Source: a virus (taxonomy: Duplodnaviria > Caudoviricetes). From it: a stretch of 64,000 nt of DNA. Below, piece by piece: positions 49,080-60,488 of the stretch. How positions within the stretch are numbered: position 1 is the first letter of the stretch; each line of letters starts with the position of its first letter. Both the position numbers and the translations under genes were made by a program. The DNA is taken from IMG/VR virus record IMGVR_UViG_3300013121_000026, positions 1 to 64,000 of that record; one strand, 5' to 3'. The notes beneath the pieces are model-generated. The model had not been told where the DNA came from and searched no databases. It saw nothing but the letters and a program-made list of their open reading frames with translations.

Positions 49080-50083
49080 TGACAAATCTCTATGACATGA
49101 TTGAAAGCAATGAAATCTCGGCTAATGCTCATGGTGGCACTGAATTAATGATTAGAAAAATCTATGATGGATTCATTCCTCGCGATATTCTCAATCATTT
49201 CCAGATTATTCCGAGTCGTGTGCGTGATCTAAAAGAAGATAAGTACCGAATTTACATTGTTAACGATCTTGTTAATGACAGTGAATGTCACCGAGCACTA
49301 TCTAATGGCGCATGGAAGAATTTTCATCGAGTTGTATTTGTTAGCCATATGCAGGCTCAGGAATTTATTAGAGCGTATAACATTCCATGGTCAAAGGTGG
49401 TTGTCTTGTATAATGCTGTTTGGCCGATTGAGACCAAAGAAAAGCCCAGCGACAAGATTAACTTAATTTATCACACAACTCCTCATCGTGGGCTTAATAT
49501 TCTAATTTCCGTGTTTGAACGATTGGTAGAAAAGTATCCTCAAATTAATCTGGACATTTATTCTTCATTTGCAGCGTATGGATGGGAAGAAAGAGACAAG
49601 GAATTTGAACCACTATTTGAGAAATGCAAAGCAACCAAGAATGTTAATTTCCATGGGTTCAAAAGCAACGATATCGTAAGAGAAGCACTAAAAGACGCAC
49701 ATATTTTTGCTTATCCTAGTATCTGGCAAGAAACTAGCTGCCTTGCATTAATGGAAGCAATGAGTGCGGAATGCTTGTGTATCCACCCAGATTTTGGTGC
49801 TCTCCCGGAGACTGCTGCTAATTGGACAATGATGTATCATTGGAACGAGGATGTTAACATTCATGCTGGAATCTTTTACAGTGTATTAGAAAATGGTATT
49901 AACAGCTTTATTAACAAAGATCCCAACGTTCGAGCACACTTGCAAATGCAGGCTAGATATGCTAATGCATTCTACAATTGGGAGAACAGACGAATCCAGT
50001 GGAAGAACTTTTTGGAGTCTGTTTTAAGCTCAAATGAACCTAGAAGTTTTCCTCGTGATGAATTTGTGTATAATACAAAATGA
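49079..50083 (+). CDS. GT-B (GT4-like) glycosyltransferase
   Basis: GGTE, YHTTPHRGL, YPSIWQETSCLALMEAM, GALPET. Confidence 0.88.
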   Translation: MTNLYDMIESNEISANAHGGTELMIRKIYDGFIPRDILNHFQIIPSRVRDLKEDKYRIYIVNDLVNDSECHRALSNGAWKNFHRVVFVSHMQAQEFIRAYNIPWSKVVVLYNAVWPIETKEKPSDKINLIYHTTPHRGLNILISVFERLVEKYPQINLDIYSSFAAYGWEERDKEFEPLFEKCKATKNVNFHGFKSNDIVREALKDAHIFAYPSIWQETSCLALMEAMSAECLCIHPDFGALPETAANWTMMYHWNEDVNIHAGIFYSVLENGINSFINKDPNVRAHLQMQARYANAFYNWENRRIQWKNFLESVLSSNEPRSFPRDEFVYNTK

Positions 50084-50319
50084 CGAAACTTAAAAAAATT
50101 GAACAGATTGGTTTGTCAATTATTTTAATCGTATTTGTTCTTTCTGTAATCTCGGAAAAAGTTATGGACCGAACAAATTATGGACAACAATGTAAAGAAA
50201 AACAAGGTCGATTGGATGGGTTGTTTTCTACAGGTGAATGTTATAAAACAACAATTACTAGAGAAAAAATAATTATAAATAACAATACTATCAACAACTA
50301 ATATGAGGGCCTATGCAGA

Positions 50320-50715
50320 ATGGACAAGAACTACTGGGGTTTCGAGCTACGTATTGACTTAGGAGGATGTTCTCTTGATAAGATCACATCTAAAGAAAAT
50401 GTTGCTGCTTTTGTTAAGCAACTAGTCCAAGACATCGATATGGTAGCTTATGGTGAACCGGATATTCCGAATTTTGGACATGGTGATAAAGCAGGATTTT
50501 CATTAAATCAATGGATATCGACTTCGAATATCACAGGCCATTTTGTAAATGAATTGCTCGAAGTTTATCTCAATATCTTCAGTTGCAAGCCATTTGATAA
50601 AGACATTGCAACAGAACTAGCAATTAAATATTTTGAAGCAAAAACTGTACAAACAGATTTTAAAGTTCGTAAGGCATTAGCAGTTGATGAAATTGACTGT
50701 GATTGTGGGTGTTGA
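50320..50715 (+). CDS. speD: S-adenosylmethionine decarboxylase proenzyme
   Basis: IDL.GC, G.S..Q.ISTSNITGH, NIFSCK.FD. Confidence 0.82.
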   Translation: MDKNYWGFELRIDLGGCSLDKITSKENVAAFVKQLVQDIDMVAYGEPDIPNFGHGDKAGFSLNQWISTSNITGHFVNELLEVYLNIFSCKPFDKDIATELAIKYFEAKTVQTDFKVRKALAVDEIDCDCGC

Positions 50716-51093
50716 TTGAGCAATGTAATCCAATTTCCGCCGGATAGAATCAAAAATCCGGAGAGGATCGGAAAAGAACTTCTTACCAAGGAAGAAATTG
50801 ATTCCAATAGAAAATCAATGCAGCATCTGCATATAGATGAAACTGTTGAATTTATCATTCCAATATTGTTTAATCAGTTGAATGCTGCTGGCTTCAATGT
50901 TGCTGATGAAGATATTAAAAGTGGAGCATTTATTCTAGAAGCAATTAGATCTGTGCTATGTGGCATTTACGGAATTGAACATCCTTTTCATGAAATAGCT
51001 GACAAGGTATTTGTTGAGGAAAAACAAGGGCATTTGAGAGTGGCGGATTCTTTACATATTGAGTTTAATAAAAATGCTGTCGCAAATAATTAA
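50716..51093 (+). CDS. Hypothetical protein (NVIQFP motif)
   Basis: T4-like hypothetical upstream of rnh. Confidence 0.6.
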   Translation: MSNVIQFPPDRIKNPERIGKELLTKEEIDSNRKSMQHLHIDETVEFIIPILFNQLNAAGFNVADEDIKSGAFILEAIRSVLCGIYGIEHPFHEIADKVFVEEKQGHLRVADSLHIEFNKNAVANN

Positions 51094-51290
51094 TGTCGGC
51101 CGAAGCAACTAAAAAATTCTTTTACCATGATTTTACATAAAATATTAACCAAAGACAAAGACGTAAATTGGTCTACAATGAAAAATACTCTATTAATTCA
51201 AATTCATCTAGGTAGTGTTTGTTCTGATATTTATATATCACTAAGAAACCAATTGCGACAGTCTGAAGTTAATAGTGGCGACTTTATAGG

Positions 51291-52136
51291 ATGAAAAAAT
51301 ATTTAATATTTGATCTTTATCAAATCTTCTTCTCAAACCTTATGATGGAAATCAAAGGTGATGTAGAAGATATTGAAATTGACGAGAACCTTTTCCGTCA
51401 CAAAATTCTCAACACAATCCGTTCTAACAAGGTTAAGTTCAGTGACTATAATGACGTCATTATAGCTGTTGATCGCAATTCCTGGCGAAAGAAAGTATTT
51501 CCACACTACAAAGGTCGTCGAAAGAAAAAGGATGGATGGGAACAAATCTTCACAGTGATAAATAACATCATCAATGAAATTAATGAGTATCTTCCTTATC
51601 GAGTTATTGCTGTTAGTGGAGCGGAAGGTGATGATGTTATTGGGACATTGACGCATTATTTAAATCAGTTTGGGATGGAACCATGCGAGATAATGATTAT
51701 TAGTGCAGACAAAGATTTTAGGCAATTACATACCCACAGGGGAGTTAAACAATATGATCCAATTAATAAAAAACAGATTATTGAATCAGATCCAGAAGGT
51801 TACTTACTGGACCATATACTTAGAGGTGACAGCGGGGATGATGTCCCAAATGTTCTTTCCGACGATGACACTCATATTACAGCAGGTAAACGTCAGATTG
51901 CTCTAACGCAGAAAAAAATTCAAACATTAATAGTTGATGGACAGCCAATTGAAGCAATCAAAGTTAACTTCGAAAGAAACAGAACGTTAATTGATCTAAC
52001 TCAAACACCAAATGATATTCAGCAAAAAATCATTGAACAATTTAATAACCAAGCAGGAAAGAAACGCGATAAAATTATGAACTACTTTATTCAGTATCAA
52101 CTTAAGAATCTAATGCAGCATATTGGTGAATTCTGA
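51291..52136 (+). CDS. rnh: T4 RNase H (5'-3' exonuclease)
   Basis: WRK..FPHYK, AEGDD, SADKDF.QL, GDSGDDVPN, RNR.LIDL. Confidence 0.93.
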   Translation: MKKYLIFDLYQIFFSNLMMEIKGDVEDIEIDENLFRHKILNTIRSNKVKFSDYNDVIIAVDRNSWRKKVFPHYKGRRKKKDGWEQIFTVINNIINEINEYLPYRVIAVSGAEGDDVIGTLTHYLNQFGMEPCEIMIISADKDFRQLHTHRGVKQYDPINKKQIIESDPEGYLLDHILRGDSGDDVPNVLSDDDTHITAGKRQIALTQKKIQTLIVDGQPIEAIKVNFERNRTLIDLTQTPNDIQQKIIEQFNNQAGKKRDKIMNYFIQYQLKNLMQHIGEF

Positions 52137-52552
52137 TGGTTAAGGATCTAAGTGAAATTTTTAAAGAGTGCGCTGAATTAGACACCAAGAAGGAAAAGAT
52201 TGAATACCTTCGTGCTAACTCTAATAACCAAGCATTCATGATTCTATTAAAAATGTTGTTTGATGAAAATTTAGTCTGGTTAATTCCACCGGGAATGCCC
52301 AAGGACTATAGAGATTTTCATATGATTGATATGGGACATAAACTTTACAGTTCGATCAAAACGTTGTATATTTACCATGCTAATGGTAATCCTAATCTTA
52401 AGCAGGAAAAGCGTGAGCAAATGTGGGCTGTTCTATTAGAATCCCTTACTCATAATGATGCAGTTTTGTTATGTGCAATCAAAGACAAGAAGTTGCCTTA
52501 CAAAGGGATCACACGTAAACTAATCGAAGAAGGATTACCAGGACTACTATAA
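52136..52552 (+). CDS. Conserved T4-like hypothetical protein (DUF6433-like)
   Basis: W..PPG, KRE......LE.L...A.LL..IKDK.LPYKGIT. Confidence 0.7.
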   Translation: MVKDLSEIFKECAELDTKKEKIEYLRANSNNQAFMILLKMLFDENLVWLIPPGMPKDYRDFHMIDMGHKLYSSIKTLYIYHANGNPNLKQEKREQMWAVLLESLTHNDAVLLCAIKDKKLPYKGITRKLIEEGLPGLL

Positions 52553-52725
52553 TGGGCAAGAGTTGGCGAGATAAGAACAACTGGAAAGACGATTATGGAT
52601 ATCGCGACAAAAACTTTCGTAAAAAAAGAAAGAAAAGAGAATTTAACGAACCAACAAATGATGAGGATGAATCTATCCCAACTGAAGAGGAAGATAGAAA
52701 GACACGGGTAGAGAATTCCATTTAG
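52552..52725 (+). CDS. Small protein MGKSWRDKN (57 aa)
   Basis: Coupled ORF; paralog at 28845. Confidence 0.55.
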   Translation: MGKSWRDKNNWKDDYGYRDKNFRKKRKKREFNEPTNDEDESIPTEEEDRKTRVENSI

Positions 52726-53331
52726 AAAACAACAAGAATATATTGGCAGCTCTTACATATTCAGAGACTTAATTGACCTTATTGAAAGCCCAGGGTATGT
52801 CTTTAGTTGCAATTGGATTGATGATGCATAAAAGAGTTGTTCTTTGTTCTTTAAAATTGATAGACAAAATAGAAAACGCTACGGATTTGTTTCCAATTCT
52901 ACTTGTTAATAACTCTAATATTGCGCTACTTCATAGATTTTCTTCGTTAGTGAGCCATACAAGAGATTACATACCACATGATTGGATCAAATAATTGGTA
53001 ACATATTTAATATTCATGAGCATTGATCCTTATCCCCGACTCTGGAATGAGGAGGTTTTGTCTCCTAAAGATTTGAATTTTGTTGTAAACCAAACAGAAA
53101 GACTATTCGGTCGCTACTTCTCCGAAAGATTATTTCTATGACAATCAGGAATTATATTCATTTACACGATACCAAAAGCATCACAACGACAGATGTAGAA
53201 TTACTTATGATGCATGTTTTAGCTACACGATATAATACTTCAAGAGAAGAAAACCGTAATTTTTTACAAATAAAAGATGGCATCTATCGTGCTTATATCG
53301 GGGATTTTCATAGGCCAGATTGGACAACCTA

Positions 53332-53559
53332 ATGCCAACTTATCAATTTATTAATAAACAAACACAAGAAAGATTCAAGGAGACAATGACGATCTCAGAG
53401 ATGGAACAACATCTAAAAGATCATCCTGAACTTGATGTAATACCCGGAACGCCTATCATCGGCTATAACTACACCAGAAAAAAACCAGATGAGGACTTCC
53501 GTAGTATCCTAAAGAAAATTAAAAAGGATAACAAAGGGTCAACAATCAATGTACCATGA
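53332..53559 (+). CDS. FmdB-like small protein
   Basis: MPTY.F...T.E, KPD..F..IL..IK. Confidence 0.7.
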   Translation: MPTYQFINKQTQERFKETMTISEMEQHLKDHPELDVIPGTPIIGYNYTRKKPDEDFRSILKKIKKDNKGSTINVP

Positions 53560-53858
53560 ACCCATAAAAGATCTGGCTGTATGTCTCAATACAGTTGATC
53601 ACATTTTAATTCCAATATATTGGAAAATACCAGTAGTAAGTACTAGAATATTATGGCTCGTAACATCTTATTTTAACAATTCGGATGGATTTGTGTAACC
53701 ATGTCAACCTTTTTATTACCCATTGCGTCACTTGATTATGTAGCCCTAAAAATTAGGGAAAAGGCATTCACTACGAACGTTGGCGGGGAAAGTTATATCA
53801 TGTGGTACAATAACTATGGTCTTGAGGATTTTTTCTTCTTCTTTGATTTCTGTCAGTA

Positions 53859-54539
53859 ATGTTCAACCATTCTCCACTAAAATTTGAACAGTTAACATCG
53901 CAATCAACCGAAAATGGGCGGGTGTATAACACACCTATTGGCCCACTTTCTTCTGTCACAACAATTCTAGGAAAGTATACAGACAAAACATTCCTGGATG
54001 ACTGGCGAGAAAGAATTGGGGAAGACGAAGCAAACCAAATAACGCATCAAGCAGGCGTTAGGGGAACGTCAGTTCATTTATTAGCTGAGCGTTATCTTAA
54101 TAACGAGGATAACTGGAAACGTGATGCCATGCCATTTAATTTGCATTCATTTAATAAAATCAAACCTCACCTAAACAAAATTGAAACAGTCTATGGAACA
54201 GAAGTGCCACTGTGGAGCAAGTTTCTCCAAACAGCGGGTAGATGTGATCTAATATGTAAATATAATGGAGTCAATACTATTTTGGACTTCAAGACTTCTA
54301 AAAGAGCCAAGGAAGAAACTCATATTAAAAACTATTTTCTGCAGGCTACTGCTTATTCTCTAATGACACTAGAGCGATTTGATTTGTTCTGCCCACAAAT
54401 AGTAATTTTAATAACCGTTGATCATGATGAACCGCAGCTATTTGTCAAACGGATAAATAGCTATGCTACAGAAACAGTTAAATTATTCAGGAAACATTAT
54501 GCAGATACCAGAAAAAATTCTAGAAAAATTGCCATATAA
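53859..54539 (+). CDS. PD-(D/E)XK exonuclease
   Basis: SVTTIL, RGT.VH, AGRCD, DFKTS, YFLQATAY. Confidence 0.88.
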   Translation: MFNHSPLKFEQLTSQSTENGRVYNTPIGPLSSVTTILGKYTDKTFLDDWRERIGEDEANQITHQAGVRGTSVHLLAERYLNNEDNWKRDAMPFNLHSFNKIKPHLNKIETVYGTEVPLWSKFLQTAGRCDLICKYNGVNTILDFKTSKRAKEETHIKNYFLQATAYSLMTLERFDLFCPQIVILITVDHDEPQLFVKRINSYATETVKLFRKHYADTRKNSRKIAI

Positions 54540-54736
54540 ATGCAGCGGATTGATTTGTTCTTTGATTGTTAATCAAATTCAAATGGATGAAGTCACAAAT
54601 AAATTTCCACCAAAACTCCTAGCAAAAATAAATGATGGCGCTGGTTTCTTTGGAAGTGGATGCACAATTACAAAGAAAGACGTAATCAATTTGAATGATG
54701 ATGCAATGTCATACGTTATTAAATTAATCGATCCAT

Positions 54737-56598
54737 TTATATGAATGTACTAAAAATCTCGCGCTGGGTAATCATATTGATATAAATGTAGGCACAGGTG
54801 TTACCCAGGTCGACTACCAAATTATATAGATCACATTCGATATTTTCCGGAATCTTTTCAATTTTGTTTTTTGTGTATTCAATTTTAAATCCATGATCCA
54901 CTAACGTATTCCTCATAATGAAAAGCTGTTCCCAACCACACCAATCCTCCGTCTCCATAAGTTAAACAATTATGAAGTTCACTAACGATTGATTTGTAGA
55001 TACTTTGTTGGTAACAATCTACTAGGTTTATATAATAATTACCCATAATCAATCATGTCCTCTGCTATTCCCATAGTTTCCTCATATCTAGAAATTGTTT
55101 GGAACCAAAAACAAGAAGCTGATCATTATAATTTAGCGAGTAATAAATCTTATCTACTATCGTCGATGGTATTCTTGATGTTGGATGCTCTAGATATTCA
55201 AGAATTGTCATTATTCTGTCCAATCAAATGATTCTAATCTAAAAGAAAGCGAAAGACTGATAATCTTATAAACATTATAAGGACAATTTGCCCGCACAAA
55301 TACAGACATATGCGTCTGATTGATAATTTCAGCCAATGGTTCATTAGCCGTCATGATAAAAAATTTCTATCGGTGGAAATATGAACTAACAAATTCCATT
55401 CAGTAAACTTAAGAACGTATCCCGTATGTGCAAATACAGATGCATATGCATTATTAACAATATCATTTGTTGCTAACCTTACAACCATTGTCGCCCCATA
55501 AACAAAGTTAAATGAGCCATGCTTGACTTTTCTCGAATTGCTCTAAATATAGTCGCTAATTCAAAGTCAAAGTCTGGCATTTCATCCTCTACATCAACAG
55601 GAAAGTGAACATTAATGAATGTCATATTTTCTATGATATCCAATGTATTTAAAAATGCCATTAGAAAAATCTCGCTAACGATCCTGCATGATCAGAACTG
55701 AGATAAACTCTATCGAACGTATCAGAAGAACTGTTAGATACATTTATTAAACGTTCCAGACCTAAAATTTCACGATATGCATCAGTGTCCGTATAATCAG
55801 CAAAAATCCATGCAACTTCAACGTCCATTGAACAAGTTTTGTTTTCGATCATTTCAATAGCATCATCTCTAGTAATTTCTCTTTGAAACCACGATGCAGG
55901 ACGTATCATTCCATTAATAATTTCTTCCTGCCTTTCGGTGGTTCTTTTCTTCCAATAGTCCTTGAATTTAACAATTGCAGCATTAACAACAGACACTTCA
56001 ACTAACCTGTAACTGTTACTCGTCATGGACTTCTCCTAATTCTACAGAATAATTTAAATATTTCCTGATCTTTTGTTTTTGTTCATTGATAACCTTTCGC
56101 GATTAAAGCTAATCCTACATTACTCAATGCATAAAATACAAAAACAATACCGAGAGCCCATTTGCCCTCGATTGCTAGCATAACAGCGGTGAAAAGATAG
56201 ATGGCACCTACAATAAGAATTAATCCTGCTGACATTTAAAACCTCTCAGAATCATCCCATGAATATTTATTAATAAATTGAGTCTCATCGCCATCTGCAA
56301 ACACAATAGTATCGCCATCCATTATTTCTTGAACAGCACGATTATCCCACCAGCGATGATAGAAATCCGGCTTACCAAACACCTTAACGGCATTATGGTA
56401 GCGGTCATCCTTAAATCCAACAAAATGCCATGCGTTTTTCATTTCTTCTTTCGCGGCACAATTACCAACCAATTATTTGGAACAAATTGAGTAGTTCCAC
56501 CATCCCATTTGACTTCGGAAACCTCAGGCCCAACTGTTAATACAGTGCCCTGAAATTTCCTGTTGTGATTGTCTGCTACTCTATCGCCTTTGTTCATC
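54737..56598 (-). CDS. Divergent minus-strand cluster of small hypothetical ORFs
   Basis: ORFs ending at 56439, 56236, 55661, 55479 and 54737; minus-strand TTGACA promoter near 56632. Confidence 0.5.
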
Positions 56599-56732
56599 AT
56601 TTTACAATAGCAAAAACATCGATTTATGTCAACAAAGAAAAAACCCAATGATTTCAATAAGTTAAAAATTGCTTGACTTTTTGTTATAATTAAAGCATAA
56701 TTGCAAAATCAACGTATGAAACGAGGGATATT

Positions 56733-57842
56733 ATGATACGTACCAAACGAAAGCCTAGGAAGACGAAACTCTCCAAGGTTGCTGCAACTGTTTTGACGCA
56801 GCGTGCTTATGGAGACGAGCCCACGTTTACAGAAGGGCATCACATTACGCGAGATGAACTTGCTAATTCTTTGAATTGGTATTCAGCAACAGGAACCCTT
56901 GATGATGCATATAAGTTTTACAAAGATTTCTTCAAAACCCAAGGAAGAACTCAAGAAGGAGAGCTCATTGCTAAAGTCCCTGGCGATTGGGTCAATCGCA
57001 CTGGTGCTTGGCTTACTCGGCTTGTTAGCATGGGTGTCGTTTTACCTGACAGTTCTCGTAGATTTTTAGAACTAAAGATTAAGGAATCGCTTGCTCATGC
57101 TGTTATTGAGCAGGCGGTTGAAGCCAGTCCGCCAAATATTCAACAGCGAATTCGAGAAAAGAATTCGGAATTTATTGGCGAGATTGAAGGAATGCTGGAT
57201 GATAACAACATTCCGGATATGTATGAATACCTGAAGGAAAAGAGCGCAACTGGTCTTGCTGCTAGGGCGCTTGCTTTGAAGTTGCAGCCAAGGGCGCTGG
57301 AGCTTGCAGAAGCAGCCAAGAGCGTTGATCCTCAATTGAAAGAGGGCTATCAACACCTTTCCAAAAAGCAAATCAAAAGCACGCAGGAAACTGTTCAGCG
57401 TATCATTGACGATGCTTTGCGCTATGCGGATAACAGCAAGAAGGCACGAAAGCCTCGTAAAAAGAAGGTGGTTACTGCGGACAAGCAGGTCAGTAAGATG
57501 GCCTTTGCTGCTCGCAATGACCAGTACAAGCTAGCGTCGATTTCTCCGGCCAAAATTGTTGGAGCATCGGAACTTTGGGTGTTCAACGCCAAGTACAAGA
57601 CACTTGGAGTTTATCGAGCGCTTGATTCCAAAGGGCTGCAAGTGCGCAAGTCGTTCATCCTCAATGTGGACGAAGCCAACAGCTATGCAAAGCGAATTGG
57701 TCGAAAGACTGAGGAACATCTTAACACAGTGTTGAATGGCGGGAAGGTTGCGTTGCGTAAGCTGCTGGACAGCATCAACGGCGACAAACTCGAAAACAAG
57801 CGTATCACTAAGGACGTCATCCTGCTTCGAGCAGAAAAATAA
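56733..57842 (+). CDS. Conserved T4-like hypothetical protein
   Basis: LNWY, S..P.KIVGA.ELWVFN.K.K.L..Y, RI....ILL; promoter at 56673. Confidence 0.75.
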   Translation: MIRTKRKPRKTKLSKVAATVLTQRAYGDEPTFTEGHHITRDELANSLNWYSATGTLDDAYKFYKDFFKTQGRTQEGELIAKVPGDWVNRTGAWLTRLVSMGVVLPDSSRRFLELKIKESLAHAVIEQAVEASPPNIQQRIREKNSEFIGEIEGMLDDNNIPDMYEYLKEKSATGLAARALALKLQPRALELAEAAKSVDPQLKEGYQHLSKKQIKSTQETVQRIIDDALRYADNSKKARKPRKKKVVTADKQVSKMAFAARNDQYKLASISPAKIVGASELWVFNAKYKTLGVYRALDSKGLQVRKSFILNVDEANSYAKRIGRKTEEHLNTVLNGGKVALRKLLDSINGDKLENKRITKDVILLRAEK

Positions 57843-57851
57843 GGAGTAAAC

Positions 57852-58271
57852 ATGCGCAAGAATTTTGTTACATTTTACAGCCCTGGCTCGTTTTTGTCTG
57901 AGGAGACAACGATGGTGATCGATAGCTGGGATCCAGCAAAGGCAATGGAGATGGCCCACCTCATCAAAGAACGTCATGGGGCAACACCATATGGCTTTCG
58001 ATTCTATGAACGCTCGCGTAACGATGACGAGCTGGACAGCAGAGTCACTAATACGAGCGTTTTTTATTGGCTCGGCGGAAAGGTCGAAACGCTGGAAGAA
58101 GTAGAGAAGCGTAATGATCCCAGCGAAAAAATCCTGCGCATTAACATGAGATGCAATAACTATAAAAAAATAATCACCAACGATAACTCATGGCGACATA
58201 CGCAAGCGCTCGGTGAAGATGATATCATCCTTGATTGGACACCTCGAAAGGAAGCACAAAATGTTGACTAG
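57852..58271 (+). CDS. Hypothetical phage protein
   Basis: F.SPG.F.SE..ERHGATPYGFRF; RBS AAGGAG. Confidence 0.7.
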   Translation: MRKNFVTFYSPGSFLSEETTMVIDSWDPAKAMEMAHLIKERHGATPYGFRFYERSRNDDELDSRVTNTSVFYWLGGKVETLEEVEKRNDPSEKILRINMRCNNYKKIITNDNSWRHTQALGEDDIILDWTPRKEAQNVD

Positions 58272-58662
58272 GAACATCAATGGTTGGGCATTCACTGTTC
58301 ATTCCCCCTCGTTTTATCGCTGCAACCAGATTCCATCTGTAACTGTTTTCTTTGACCGAGAAACCAACAAATGGGGCGTCAACGATGCTAAACATTCCAG
58401 GTTGTTCGGCAGTCGAGATGCAGCATTTAAAAAGGTCACGGACGTACTAAACGCTGCGTTCTTGGGTGTTGTATGAAAAGCACACCCAGACTTAAGAAGG
58501 TGGAAGAATTAATAGTTAATAATGTTCGAATCGTCGTCCTTGGCGATACTGCAACAAATGGAGCTTCCTATGCTGAAGCGACTATAATTTTTCCTAAAAA
58601 GAAAGTTGACAATTCCTAGATTTCTGTTATTATAACAAGATAACTTAACAGGAGATTACATT

Positions 58663-59613
58663 ATGGTAGCAATGGTCGAAAGTATGGCATACAACAAGGC
58701 AGAGACGCCTTGGCACGGCCTTGGCGTTGCAGTTGACAGCGACTTGACGCCGGAACAGATGCTCAAGCAAGCAGGTCTTGATTGGGAAGTGGAAATGATT
58801 CCTGCTTTTGTAAAGATCAACAAAAAAGAAGTTGATATTGGCAAGAGCGCACTGATTCGAAGCAAGGACCAGCGGATTTTGTCAGTTGTGTCCAATGACT
58901 GGCGACCCTTGCAAAACCTGCAGGCGTTTGAATTCTTCAATGAGTTCATTGCTGCTGGTGACATGGACATGGAAACTGCTGGCAGCTTGTGTAAGGGCGA
59001 GCTTGTTTGGGGACTTGCACGGATTAAGGATGGTTTCTCTTTGTTTAAGGGCAAGGACGAAATCAACTCCTACTTGCTGCTTACTAATCCTCATCGCTAC
59101 GGTTGGAGCATTAGCGTTGCTAACATCAACGTTCGTGTTGTCTGTATGAACACGTTGCGGATGGCGATGAACGAAATGAACAACAATAATGTGGTAAAAG
59201 TTAACCATCGCAAGGAGTTCATTGCTGATCAAGTGAAGGTTGCTTTGGGTATTGCTCACGAAAAGCTCGAAGCGTACAAGGCAGCAGCGCAGTTCTTGTC
59301 TAGTAAGAAGATGGGCAAGGAAAACGTTGTTGATTACTTCAAGCGAGTGTTCCCAGTGTTGACCAGCAAGGAAGACAGCAAGAAAGAGATCAGCAAGCCC
59401 GCACAAAAGACCTTGGAAATCCTCGACACTCAGCCTGGTGCTGAACTTGGTGAAGGTACTTGGTGGCAGGGATACAATGCGGTGACGTATTACCTTGACC
59501 ATAAGGCAGGCCGCAGCGAGGACACACGGTTGACTTCCTCGTGGTATGGGAGCAACGCCAAGAAAAAGATCGATGCTCTCAAAACGGCGGTTGAGTTCGC
59601 AGAAGCCGCCTAG
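58663..59613 (+). CDS. DUF932/DUF945 family protein
   Basis: PWHGLG, AGLDWEV, QN..AF.FF, ETAGSL, RVVC.NTL, GT.W..YNAVT. Confidence 0.9.
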   Translation: MVAMVESMAYNKAETPWHGLGVAVDSDLTPEQMLKQAGLDWEVEMIPAFVKINKKEVDIGKSALIRSKDQRILSVVSNDWRPLQNLQAFEFFNEFIAAGDMDMETAGSLCKGELVWGLARIKDGFSLFKGKDEINSYLLLTNPHRYGWSISVANINVRVVCMNTLRMAMNEMNNNNVVKVNHRKEFIADQVKVALGIAHEKLEAYKAAAQFLSSKKMGKENVVDYFKRVFPVLTSKEDSKKEISKPAQKTLEILDTQPGAELGEGTWWQGYNAVTYYLDHKAGRSEDTRLTSSWYGSNAKKKIDALKTAVEFAEAA

Positions 59614-59622
59614 GAATAAATA

Positions 59623-59653
59623 TGGGTGGGGCTAACTACCCCACCCCCCTTTT
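59623..59653 (+). terminator. Intrinsic terminator
   Basis: GGGTGGG/CCCACCC stem then T tract. Confidence 0.65.
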
Positions 59654-59665
59654 AGGAGATGACGA

Positions 59666-60028
59666 ATGAGTCTAGCAGTTATCATTACAATTGGATTTTG
59701 TCATTGGTTTGCTGATTTTATTACGCAGACCGAAAAACTAGCAGTCAACAAAAACACCAGTTACTATTATCTGGCGATACACTCGCTAGTCTACACAATC
59801 ACATTTGGTGTTCTAGTTGCATTTGGCTTGGGATTTCTAACAACAATTCCATACCACACAATTGCATTCTGGGTAGTTATTAATGGTTTCTTACACCTGG
59901 TTGTTGACTATTTCACCACAGTCTCACAGAAACTAACAGTGTCAGCCAAGCATTATCTTACTATTGTTGGGCTTGATCACTTTCTACACATCTCGTTGCT
60001 ACTAATTACCTATGTGCTGTTCGTATGA
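59666..60028 (+). CDS. DUF3307 membrane protein
   Basis: HWFADF..Q, K, H..VY, H..VD, DH.LH. Confidence 0.8.
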   Translation: MSLAVIITIGFCHWFADFITQTEKLAVNKNTSYYYLAIHSLVYTITFGVLVAFGLGFLTTIPYHTIAFWVVINGFLHLVVDYFTTVSQKLTVSAKHYLTIVGLDHFLHISLLLITYVLFV

Positions 60029-60486
60029 AAATTATTTACAAAACCGGTGATCTACTTGACGCCGAAGAACGTATCATTGCACATGGCTGCAATGCCAAAG
60101 GCGTAATGGGTGCAGGTGTTGCTCTGGCAATCAAAAAGAAATGGCCTGCGGCATACCATGATTACAGAAAAGAATTTGACTTTAACCCGCATTCACTGTA
60201 TCTTGGGCGAGTAATTTATTCAAAAGTTGATATTAATTATCGTGTAATTGCACATTGCATCACCCAGGCAACCTATGGCAGAGCCAAAAAGCAGTATGTT
60301 GATTACGATGCGGTTAGATACGCGATTAGAACGCTTAATTCGGATCTTGATAATGGAAAGCCATTCTCCGTAGCAATGCCAATGATCGGTGCTGGTCTTG
60401 CTGGTGGAGATTGGTTCATCATAGAAAAGATAATTGAGAGCGAAGCCGTAAGTTTTCAACCAGTGGTTTATAAACTAGAGGATTAA
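60025..60486 (+). CDS. Macrodomain (ADP-ribose-processing, T4 Tk.4-like)
   Basis: GDL, HGCNA.G.MGAGVA, P.IGAGLAGGDW. Confidence 0.9.
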   Translation: MKIIYKTGDLLDAEERIIAHGCNAKGVMGAGVALAIKKKWPAAYHDYRKEFDFNPHSLYLGRVIYSKVDINYRVIAHCITQATYGRAKKQYVDYDAVRYAIRTLNSDLDNGKPFSVAMPMIGAGLAGGDWFIIEKIIESEAVSFQPVVYKLED

Positions 60487-60488
60487 CA

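Noticed and set aside
53859-54539. Cas4 call
   Set aside because: Lacks the four Fe-S cysteines; ordinary T4-like PD-(D/E)XK exonuclease
58656-59502. Long antisense ORFs opposite the DUF932 gene (likewise 30620-31264 and similar)
   Set aside because: Shadow ORFs from codon bias; no RBS or motifs
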